Positions 16,659 to 24,397 of a stretch of DNA of 33,405 nucleotides are shown here, piece after piece. Position 1 is the first letter of the stretch; every line of letters begins with the position of its first letter. The stretch spans positions 5,896-39,300 of the forward strand of contig CAZEBR010000005.1 of assembly GCA_964510375.1 (NCBI GenBank), in the 5' to 3' direction. Source of the DNA: Candidatus Hadarchaeota archaeon (GTDB lineage Archaea > Hadarchaeota > Hadarchaeia > Hadarchaeales > JAGGTB01). The position numbers and the translations under genes were made by a program. The notes below the pieces were generated by a model that ran no database searches, was not told where the DNA came from, and saw only the letters and a program-made list of their open reading frames with translations.

Positions 16659-17288
16659 CTAACTTTGGGACTCCAGATAATCCAAGATAGTTTCGCGTTC
16701 GTCTTCGCTTATAATCGAGTCCCTCTGAAGATAATCCAATATTTCGGAAACGTTTAGACACGAGTGAAGGGTTATCTCGCTCTGCTTTAGATTCTCCCCT
16801 GCGCCTTCCTCTCTGTCCACCATAACCACCGCGTGTTCGACGACCCCGTCGTTATTTCTTATCGTTTCGGCCGCGTCCTCAATGCTTCCGCCGGTAGTCG
16901 ATATGTCGTCGAGCACCGCTACGTGGTCCCCTTCTTTAAGTATACCTTCGACGTTCCGCTTTCTTCCGTGGGACTTCTTTTTCTTTCTGGGGTAAAGAAG
17001 CGGATGACGGGACTTGTGGGCGACCAGAGCGGCAAAGGGAAGCCCTCCGGTGGGTACCCCGGCGAGCCTGTCGACTTTCTTGATTTCGTCCTTCACTATC
17101 CTCGCGCTGATCTCCGTGACTTTGTCGAAAAGATCTGGGTAAGACGGGACTACTCTGAGATCTATGTAGTAAGGGCTAGTCTTTCCGGAGGTAAGGGTAA
17201 ACTCCCCGAACTTTATTCCCTCAACCTCGTACAGGCGAGCGGCTACCTCTCTCTTGAGTTTATCATAGCCTTCCGATTCTCGAGCCAA
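16659..17288 (-). CDS. pyrE: Orotate phosphoribosyltransferase
   Basis: FGEFTLTSGKTSPYYIDLR, RKKKKSHG, PRPP loop VLDDISTTGGS, VDRE. Confidence 0.96.
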   Translation of the reverse strand: MARESEGYDKLKREVAARLYEVEGIKFGEFTLTSGKTSPYYIDLRVVPSYPDLFDKVTEISARIVKDEIKKVDRLAGVPTGGLPFAALVAHKSRHPLLYPRKKKKSHGRKRNVEGILKEGDHVAVLDDISTTGGSIEDAAETIRNNDGVVEHAVVMVDREEGAGENLKQSEITLHSCLNVSEILDYLQRDSIISEDERETILDYLESQS

Positions 17289-17292
17289 ACGC

Positions 17293-18024
17293 TCAATCCT
17301 CCGCTACTTCGTTGATCTCGATCCTTATACTATCGGCCGCTTTTCTGGGCGAATCGGCCGTGTATATCGCCCTTCCCACTATTTCGTAGTCGGCACCGTT
17401 TTTCACCGCGTCTCCAGGTCGTCCCCCTTGTGCCCCTATTCCCGGCGTAAGAAGCAGCATTTCGTCTCCTATCTTTGCTCTGAGCGATTTCACGTCCTTC
17501 GGCCTCGTGGCGGGTCCTATGACTCCGGTCGCACCAACTTCTTGGGCCAGCTCGATCATTCTGTCCGTGAACTTCTGGATAAACATTTTTCCCCCTTCGT
17601 GGGACATGCTCGGCACCACTATCACGCCGCCGTCGCCCTCGCTGGCGGCTTTCACTACGCCCTCTAGGCTGTCCTTTCCTACAAACCCGTGCGCAATTGC
17701 ACCATCGGCGCCGGCATCGAAGGCACATCGGGCGATTTGATTGCATATATGGGGGACGTCGGCGATTTTAAAGTCGGCTATAACGGGAATATTGACTTCC
17801 TCTTTTATCTTTGAGATTATTTCGAGCCCATTTTTTAGGACAAGGGGGTATCCGGCCTTTACGGCTACCACGGAATCGGCCACGCTTTTGGCTATTTCCA
17901 GATATTTGTCGGTAAGGTCTCGCTTTTCCAAGTCATCATCTACGAGATCCAGAGCGTGAATGAGTCTGGAGTCGTTTTCCTCGGACATCTCGGAGAGTCG
18001 CTCTTTTAGTTTACCCTCTGCCAC
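17293..18024 (-). CDS. pyrF: Orotidine-5'-phosphate decarboxylase
   Basis: ALD, VKAG, DFKIADVP (DxKxxD), MSH, PATRP, TPGIGAQGG, IVGRAIY. Confidence 0.96.
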   Translation of the reverse strand: MAEGKLKERLSEMSEENDSRLIHALDLVDDDLEKRDLTDKYLEIAKSVADSVVAVKAGYPLVLKNGLEIISKIKEEVNIPVIADFKIADVPHICNQIARCAFDAGADGAIAHGFVGKDSLEGVVKAASEGDGGVIVVPSMSHEGGKMFIQKFTDRMIELAQEVGATGVIGPATRPKDVKSLRAKIGDEMLLLTPGIGAQGGRPGDAVKNGADYEIVGRAIYTADSPRKAADSIRIEINEVAED

Positions 18025-18030
18025 TGTTGG

Positions 18031-18501
18031 TCACCCCTGAAGTTGTTCGAGCAGGTTTTCCTCCCCGGTGATTCTTTCACAGTAGGTGCATAGGAGATTT
18101 ATCGGGGCCTCGCTGACGACTTCAAATTCCGGCGTGACGGGTTCGGAAGCATTTGTTATGCACGTAGGATTCGAGCACTTGATTATTCCCCTTATCTTCT
18201 CTGGAAGTTCGACTTTCCTCTTTTCTACCACTTCGAAGTCTCTAATCACGTTTATGGTCGCTTCTGGAGCCGTGAGGGCTATTTTATTGATTTCATCTTC
18301 TCCGAGTTCTCTATCTTCGACCTTTACTATATCCTTCTTTCCGAATCTGCCGCTCGGCACGTTTATGAGGATCGAGACGGTATCCTCGGTCTCCGGGGAA
18401 ATTCCTAAAATGTCCAAAACGGTGAGCGCTCTTCCTGAGGGAATATGATCTATAACCGTTCCGGCTTCGATCTTGCTAACTCTCAGTTTTTCTTTTTCCA
18501 T
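18031..18501 (-). CDS. pyrI: Aspartate carbamoyltransferase regulatory chain
   Basis: GTVIDHIP, KKDIVKVE, Zn ligands CSNPTC...CTYC. ATG 18501 preferred over GTG 18510. Confidence 0.96.
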   Translation of the reverse strand: MEKEKLRVSKIEAGTVIDHIPSGRALTVLDILGISPETEDTVSILINVPSGRFGKKDIVKVEDRELGEDEINKIALTAPEATINVIRDFEVVEKRKVELPEKIRGIIKCSNPTCITNASEPVTPEFEVVSEAPINLLCTYCERITGEENLLEQLQG

Positions 18502-18506
18502 AGCAA

Positions 18507-19424
18507 TCACGTCAGTAGGGATAGTAGGGCCATTCTTATTGCCACGCCGTAAAATGCCTGTTCAAAGTACTTTGCTTGGGGCATCGAATCGACCTCCGTC
18601 GAGATTTCGTCTACCCGTGGCAGTGGGTGTAGGACTCTAAGATCCGGCTTTCCGGATTCTACGAGTTCCCGATTTATCTTGTAAGAGTCTTTGACTTCTT
18701 GGTATTCCGATGGGTCCGAAAAGCGTTCCTTCTGTATCCTAGTCACGTAGAGGACGTCCAGTTCGGGTAGGACATCTTCAAGATTGGAAGATTCCGCAAC
18801 CGAGGTTACCCTGTTTGAGAGGTCTTCGACTATTTCGCTCGGCATTTCCAGTCCCGGCGGGGAGATGAGGTACAGCTCGTTTTCGAATCTCGCTGCCGCG
18901 TAAGCCAAGGAGTGGACGGTACGTCCATACTTGAGGTCGCCCAGTAGCCCTATTTTCAAATCTTCAATTTTCCCGAACTCCTTCCTTATGGTGAAAAGGT
19001 CCAGCAAGGTCTGTGTGGGATGATGACCGGCCCCGTCGCCCGCGTTTATTATCGGTACTTCCGCTGCTTCGGCCGCAAATTTCGCCGATCCCATTTTTGG
19101 GTGCCTCAGGACCATGATATCGCAGTAATTTTCGACGGTTCTCACCGTATCGGCCAGACTTTCGCCCTTCGCCACCGAACTTTCCTCAGGTCTGGAGAAT
19201 CCGACTACACTCCCTCCTAGCCTTTGAATCGCGGACCTAAAACTCAACTTGGTTCTAGTGCTGGGTTCGAAGAATAGGGATCCAAGAATCCTCCCTTCAA
19301 GTTGGTTGGAGTTATCCTCGCCTCGAGCTATCGGCTCGAGTTCTTCCGCTTTCTCGAATATCTTCTCTACGTCATCGTCGGGAAGTTCGCTAAAGGCGAT
19401 TATATTTTCGCTTTTCAATTCCAC
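18507..19424 (-). CDS. pyrB: Aspartate carbamoyltransferase catalytic chain
   Basis: FFEPSTRT, KGESLADT, HPTQTLLD, GDLKYGRT, TRIQKERF, HPLPR. Confidence 0.97.
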   Translation of the reverse strand: MELKSENIIAFSELPDDDVEKIFEKAEELEPIARGEDNSNQLEGRILGSLFFEPSTRTKLSFRSAIQRLGGSVVGFSRPEESSVAKGESLADTVRTVENYCDIMVLRHPKMGSAKFAAEAAEVPIINAGDGAGHHPTQTLLDLFTIRKEFGKIEDLKIGLLGDLKYGRTVHSLAYAAARFENELYLISPPGLEMPSEIVEDLSNRVTSVAESSNLEDVLPELDVLYVTRIQKERFSDPSEYQEVKDSYKINRELVESGKPDLRVLHPLPRVDEISTEVDSMPQAKYFEQAFYGVAIRMALLSLLT

Positions 19425-19477
19425 TTGGGGCCCGGTTTGGTATCAATAACTTTCTTTATTAAGATTTCTTACTAGAG
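19425..19477. promoter_or_regulatory. Compact divergent promoter region between pyrB and pyrC
   Basis: 53-bp gap containing TTTATTAA (19455-19462), which reads TTAATAAA on the other strand. Confidence 0.45.
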
Positions 19478-20788
19478 ATGGGGACAAGCTTGCCCAAGAC
19501 CGACTTACGGATTGTCAATGCCAAAGTTTTCAGAGAGGGCGGCCTGACCGAGGCCGGTGTGGCTATTGAGGAGGGAAAGATAGCATCAGTTTCCAAAAAG
19601 AGTTCCTTGCCCAAGGCCGATGAAACGATAGACTTGGACGGGTCAGTTCTCCTGCCGGGGATCGTGGACCCGCATGTACATTTTAGGGACCCCGGCCTGA
19701 CTGAGAAGGAAACTTTCTTTACCGGCTCAAAGGCTGCGGTCGCAGGGGGAGTCACGACCGTCTGTGACATGCCCAATACTTCTCCGCCCACGGATACTCT
19801 GGAAAGGTTCGAGAAAAAGAGAAGAATTGGTGAGAAGAAATCCTTAGTGGACTTTGGCCTGCATGGCCTCGCCTCCAGTAGCTCCTCTTCCGGGGAGTCC
19901 CTTCTTGATGCCGGTGCGGTTTCGCTCAAACTTTACCCCGAGAATTGGAAGGATTTTGATATATCAAAACTAGACGGTAGAGGCCACGTTTTGACGGTTC
20001 ATCCCGAAAATCCCGAATTTTTGAAAGAGGAATTTAATTCGAATGATGTAGAGACCTTTCTGGAATCCCGTCCGAGGAAGTCCGAAATATCGGGAATCGA
20101 GAAAATATTAAATACGCAATCGAGCTTCAACGTCCATTTTTGCCACGTCACCGTTCGCGAGGCGCTGGACCTTGTCCGGGAGGGAAAGGAAAGAAGGAGC
20201 GCAACGGCCGAAGTGACCCCCCACCATCTTCTACTAGATCAGTCCTCTCTCGAGAAGCACGGTCCCGTCTCCAAGACGTATCCTCCCCTCCGAACGGAAT
20301 TGGATAGAAACGCTTTGATTGAAGGTCTGAAATCGGGGGTTATAGATATAGTTGCGACTGACCACGCCCCACATACTTCAGAGGAAAAAAGGAGAGGCCT
20401 CGCGGAGGCTCCGGGCGGAATAGCCGGTATAGAAACCTCGCTTCCTCTTATGTTCACTTTGGTTCAGCGGGGCAGGCTCCCGCTTTCCCGTTTGATCGAG
20501 GCGATGTGCCGCAAACCGGCCAAGATATTTGGGCTCAGAAACGAGGAGGGGGTCTTGAAGGGTAGGATTTGCGAGGGAGCGGATGCGGACCTTGTCGCAT
20601 TGGATCAGGACGAAGAGTGGGAGATTAGTGGAGAGAAATTGCACGGAAAAACTAAATTTACCCCATTTGAGGGTCGGAATGTGGTGGGAAAACCTTTACT
20701 TACTTTGATTAGAGGCGAGGTTATGTTTAAAGATGGTGAAATAGTTGGGGAAAAAGGACATGGAGAGTTTATCCCGTCCCGAGCATAG
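19478..20788 (+). CDS. pyrC: Dihydroorotase
   Basis: DPHVHFRDPG, GGVTTVCDMPNT, CHVT, EVTPHHL, ATDHAPH. In-frame TTG at 19490 is an alternative start. Confidence 0.93.
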   Translation: MGTSLPKTDLRIVNAKVFREGGLTEAGVAIEEGKIASVSKKSSLPKADETIDLDGSVLLPGIVDPHVHFRDPGLTEKETFFTGSKAAVAGGVTTVCDMPNTSPPTDTLERFEKKRRIGEKKSLVDFGLHGLASSSSSSGESLLDAGAVSLKLYPENWKDFDISKLDGRGHVLTVHPENPEFLKEEFNSNDVETFLESRPRKSEISGIEKILNTQSSFNVHFCHVTVREALDLVREGKERRSATAEVTPHHLLLDQSSLEKHGPVSKTYPPLRTELDRNALIEGLKSGVIDIVATDHAPHTSEEKRRGLAEAPGGIAGIETSLPLMFTLVQRGRLPLSRLIEAMCRKPAKIFGLRNEEGVLKGRICEGADADLVALDQDEEWEISGEKLHGKTKFTPFEGRNVVGKPLLTLIRGEVMFKDGEIVGEKGHGEFIPSRA

Positions 20789-21578
20789 GCCGAGAGTTTT
20801 ACCCTTGCGTGAGGTCGTTGTGGAATCCTCGAAGGTAAAGTCCTTCTACGTGAATTCACCGGAGATAGCCTCTTCCTCCGAACCGGGACAGTTCGTCATG
20901 ATCTGGGTTATAGGGGTGGACGAGATTCCCATGGCCGTCTCCAAGGCCGGAAAGGACGGCACTCTGGGTATAACCGTCGAGAGGGTCGGAGACGCCACCT
21001 CGAAGCTTCACGAATTTGAGGAGGGGGACCTGATCGGTATAAGGGGTCCTTACGGAAACGGGTTCGATATCTCGGGGGATAATTTGCTGGTAGTTTGCGG
21101 GGGTTGTGGTACTGCCCCGCTCGCGTTTGCGGTGGAGGAAGCCGTAGAGCAGGGTAAGGACTTGACCGTCGTTCTTACGGCCGAGACGTCCGAGGACCTT
21201 CTTTTCCGTTCTAGGTTTGAGGAACTGAATTTGGACTTGATAGTGGGAACCGAGGACGGCACTGCGGGCGTTCAGGGAATTACTACGGAGGTCTTGGACG
21301 AGGTTGATTTGACTCGGGATTTCGAGACCTGCTTGATCTGCGGTCCGGAAAAGATGATGGTCGCGACCGCCGAAATGGTCGAACGAGCCGGAATACCCGC
21401 TCAGGTAAGCATAGACAGGTACATGAAGTGCGGCATCGGCATCTGTGGGCAGTGCTCGATCGATAATTCGGGAGTCAGAGTTTGTGAGGAGGGCCCCGTC
21501 TTCGACTACGACGAGGTCAAGGACGGAGAGTTTGGGTCCTATAGAAGGGATTCCACGGGTAAGAGGGTGGGCATCTAG
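20760..21578 (+). CDS. pyrK: Dihydroorotate dehydrogenase B electron transfer subunit
   Basis: PGQFVMIW, RGPYGNGF, GGCGTAP, CGPEKMM, [2Fe-2S] motif CGIGICGQC...C. Start uncertain; ATG 20760 chosen. Confidence 0.94.
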   Translation: MESLSRPEHRPRVLPLREVVVESSKVKSFYVNSPEIASSSEPGQFVMIWVIGVDEIPMAVSKAGKDGTLGITVERVGDATSKLHEFEEGDLIGIRGPYGNGFDISGDNLLVVCGGCGTAPLAFAVEEAVEQGKDLTVVLTAETSEDLLFRSRFEELNLDLIVGTEDGTAGVQGITTEVLDEVDLTRDFETCLICGPEKMMVATAEMVERAGIPAQVSIDRYMKCGIGICGQCSIDNSGVRVCEEGPVFDYDEVKDGEFGSYRRDSTGKRVGI

Positions 21579-22486
21579 CCCCGGTGGCTTCCCCCGACGA
21601 GGCTGCCTATATCTCTCCCTTCCAGGTAATCCAAGGCCTCGTCACAGACTTTTTCGAATATATCGATGTCTCGCCAGGTTATCCCTGTCCCGATTTCGAC
21701 GGCCGAAGCCCCCGCCAGGACGTATTCGATCACATCCTCGCCGGTCATTATCCCCCCGACGCCGATTATCGGGAGATCCGTTTCTTCGTAGACTTCGTAC
21801 ACGAGCCTGAGACCGACCGGTTTCATGGCGGGACCCGAGAGCCCACCCATCTCGTTACCCAAAATCGGTCTCTCTGCTCTTGCATCTATGGACATTCCCG
21901 GCACCGTGTTCGTGACCACCAGCGCATCGGCACCGGCCTTTTCGGCGGCCCTGGCCACCTCGAGTAAGTGTGAGATATGTGTGTTGCCGGGCAGTTTTGC
22001 CCACACGGGCAAATCGACCTCCTCGTCGACGGCTCCGATGACTTTTTCTGAAAGTCTAGAGTCGTGACCTATCGCGGAGACTTCATCCGCGTGGGGACAC
22101 GACAGGTTCAGTTCCACGGCGTCAACGCCGACTTCATCCATTTTTTCTGATAAATCCGAGAATTCTTTTGGGTCCTTTCCGAATATACTACCTATAACGG
22201 TCGCTCCATTATCTTTAGCGATCTTTATTTCTTCCAATTCGTTTTTTATTCCTGGATTGGGCAAACCCATCGCGTTTAATATTCCACACGGCGTTTCGAC
22301 CACGTTAGGTCCGGGGTATCCCTCTCTGTCTTCCGTTCCGACGCTCTTGGTTACCACGGCTCCGGCCCCCGATTTCCAGACCTTTCTCAGGGTGGCTCCG
22401 GTAAGCCCCAAAACTCCCGCGGCCAGTATAGTCGGATTTTTGAGTTCGACTTCACCCACATTTGTGGTCAAAAGCTCGCTCGACAT
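21575..22486 (-). CDS. pyrD: Dihydroorotate dehydrogenase family 1B catalytic subunit
   Basis: VTKS, NAMGLPNPG, ELNLSCPH, GGLSGPAMKP, IGVGGI. Confidence 0.96.
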   Translation of the reverse strand: MSSELLTTNVGEVELKNPTILAAGVLGLTGATLRKVWKSGAGAVVTKSVGTEDREGYPGPNVVETPCGILNAMGLPNPGIKNELEEIKIAKDNGATVIGSIFGKDPKEFSDLSEKMDEVGVDAVELNLSCPHADEVSAIGHDSRLSEKVIGAVDEEVDLPVWAKLPGNTHISHLLEVARAAEKAGADALVVTNTVPGMSIDARAERPILGNEMGGLSGPAMKPVGLRLVYEVYEETDLPIIGVGGIMTGEDVIEYVLAGASAVEIGTGITWRDIDIFEKVCDEALDYLEGRDIGSLVGGSHRG

Positions 22487-22576
22487 TCCGTTAATTTGTG
22501 AGGGTCTATTCTTAATTAGCCTGTTTATGGATTTTCATGAGAAATTTTTTAGGGATAAATACAACAATCAATCTGT
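22487..22576. promoter_or_regulatory. Divergent promoter region between pyrD and pyrG
   Basis: 90-bp AT-rich gap with TATA-like boxes roughly 25-30 nt ahead of each ATG and no clear SD, consistent with leaderless transcripts. Confidence 0.4.
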
Positions 22577-24235
22577 ATGACGAAGTTTCTGTTTGTGACG
22601 GGTGGAGTGCTTTCGGGTATAGGTAAAGGAGCGGTCGCCGCCTCGATAGCCAAGTCCTTCCAGTTCAGAGATCTAGATGTCGACATGATAAAGATCGATC
22701 CTTATCTAAATGTTGATCCTGGGACTCTAAATCCCATAGAGCACGGGGAGGTCTTCGTAACTGATGAGGCTTGGGATTTTAATCCGGTCGAGGATACTCA
22801 GTTCACCATAGCCGAGATAGATCAGGATTTTGGGACCTACGAGAGGTTTCTCGACAGGACGATGCATCCCCGAAACAACATAACTAGCGGTCAAGTCTAC
22901 ATTTCCGTGCTACTCAGGGAGAGGGCGGGAACTTATCTAGGTCGTACCGTTCAGATAATTCCCCACATCACAGACGAAATCAAGGAGAGGATAAGGGCGG
23001 TCGCCGATAGGAATTCTCCGGACGTTTTAATTTCAGAAGTCGGGGGTACCGTCGGTGACATCGAGGCCAGCCCGTTCCTTGAGGCCATCAGGCAACTCAG
23101 GCTGGAGGAACCCGACGACGAGACCGCCATAATTCACGTCACTTTAGTTCCGTATCTTGAGACTATAGGACAGCTGAAGACTAAACCTACGCAACACAGT
23201 GTAAAGACATTGCTTTCCGCCGGACTACAACCAGACGCTATAGTCGGCAGGAGCGATCGATACCTTTCCGATGCCGCTAGAGAGAAAATAAGCCTTTACA
23301 GCAACGTTCCAAAGCGTGCCGTGGTGTCGGACCCTGACATCTCAAACCTATACAGGCTCCCCTTGATTTTTGAGAGGCAGGGCCTCGGCGACTATCTCTG
23401 TGACAATCTACGCTTGAGGGCGAGGAAGCCGGACTTTACGTCTTGGGAAGAGACCGTCAGCGAGTTTGAAGAGGCTGAAGAGGAAATCCGCATAGCGATG
23501 CCTGGCAAGTATACCCAGATCCTTGATAGCTATATCAGTATAAACAAGGCGCTGAAACATGCCGCCGCCAAGTTGGGAGCGAAACCGAAGATCGAGTTCG
23601 TCGATACGGAACCCTTTGAGAAAAATCCCAGAAAGCTTGAACGGCTTGAAGATTACGATGGAGTTCTTCTTACCCCCGGCTTCGGGACGAGAGGTGCCGA
23701 GGGAATGATTAAAGCGTCCAGGAAGGTCCTCAATACCGATATACCTTTCTTGGGGATATGCTTCGGAGCCCAAATATTCTTTATCTCTTTCTGTAGGGAA
23801 CACGGGTTGGAGGATGCCAACAGTACGGAAATCGATGAGAATACCCCTAATCCCGTGGTCGATCTTTTGCCCGAGCAAAAGGATGTATCCAAGAAGGGGG
23901 GAACCATGAGGTTGGGCGGTCAGGAGGTACTGGTAAGGGAGGGCACCCGCTTATATGAAGCGTACGGCGAGGACAGAGTCGTTGAGAGGTTTAGACACAG
24001 GTACCATCTGATCAAGGATTACGTGGAAAGGATGGAGGATGAAGGGTTAGTTCTCTCCGCGACGGATGATGAAGAGAGGATAGTGAATGTCGTGGAGCTT
24101 GAAGGGGACCAATGGGCGGTGGGTGTACAGTTCCATCCGGAGTTCACTTCCAGACCGGGTAAGCCGAATCCAGTATATCTTTCATTTGTTGAAGCAGCTC
24201 TTGAGCAAAAGGAATCAAGATCGGATAATCAGTAA
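22577..24235 (+). CDS. pyrG: CTP synthase (divergent, with an insertion in the synthetase domain)
   Basis: TGGVLSGIGKG, KIDPYLNVDPGT, EVGGTVGDIE, KTKPTQHSV, glutaminase triad motifs GICFG and QFHPEF. Confidence 0.95.
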   Translation: MTKFLFVTGGVLSGIGKGAVAASIAKSFQFRDLDVDMIKIDPYLNVDPGTLNPIEHGEVFVTDEAWDFNPVEDTQFTIAEIDQDFGTYERFLDRTMHPRNNITSGQVYISVLLRERAGTYLGRTVQIIPHITDEIKERIRAVADRNSPDVLISEVGGTVGDIEASPFLEAIRQLRLEEPDDETAIIHVTLVPYLETIGQLKTKPTQHSVKTLLSAGLQPDAIVGRSDRYLSDAAREKISLYSNVPKRAVVSDPDISNLYRLPLIFERQGLGDYLCDNLRLRARKPDFTSWEETVSEFEEAEEEIRIAMPGKYTQILDSYISINKALKHAAAKLGAKPKIEFVDTEPFEKNPRKLERLEDYDGVLLTPGFGTRGAEGMIKASRKVLNTDIPFLGICFGAQIFFISFCREHGLEDANSTEIDENTPNPVVDLLPEQKDVSKKGGTMRLGGQEVLVREGTRLYEAYGEDRVVERFRHRYHLIKDYVERMEDEGLVLSATDDEERIVNVVELEGDQWAVGVQFHPEFTSRPGKPNPVYLSFVEAALEQKESRSDNQ

Positions 24236-24397
24236 TTTGGATGACTCTATTATTAGTAACTAATTGTTATGGGAGTGATCTCTTCCTTTCCAAAAGTAAA
24301 GTTTATTTGATTGAAAGGATTAATTTTAACCAAAAGTTTTTATCTTTTAGATGAAAATTGAGCAATCGAATAGGAGCGAGTATTAGGAGGAAATACT

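Noticed and set aside
16600..16761. 54-aa N-terminal extension of the SIS protein in the ORF track
   Set aside because: It overlaps pyrE by 103 nt, has atypical composition, and contains a TATA-like CTTATCTA ahead of ATG 16599/16590.
17293..18024. Hexulose-6-phosphate synthase as partner of the PHI-like gene (same fold as PyrF)
   Set aside because: VKAG, MSH, PATRP and GAQGG motifs plus pyr context indicate OMP decarboxylase.
24236..24397. Thermococcales glycolytic motif (TATCAC-N5-GTGATA) at the ppsA promoter
   Set aside because: Only a loose TATCT-TTT-AGATG palindrome is present; sequence and spacing do not match.
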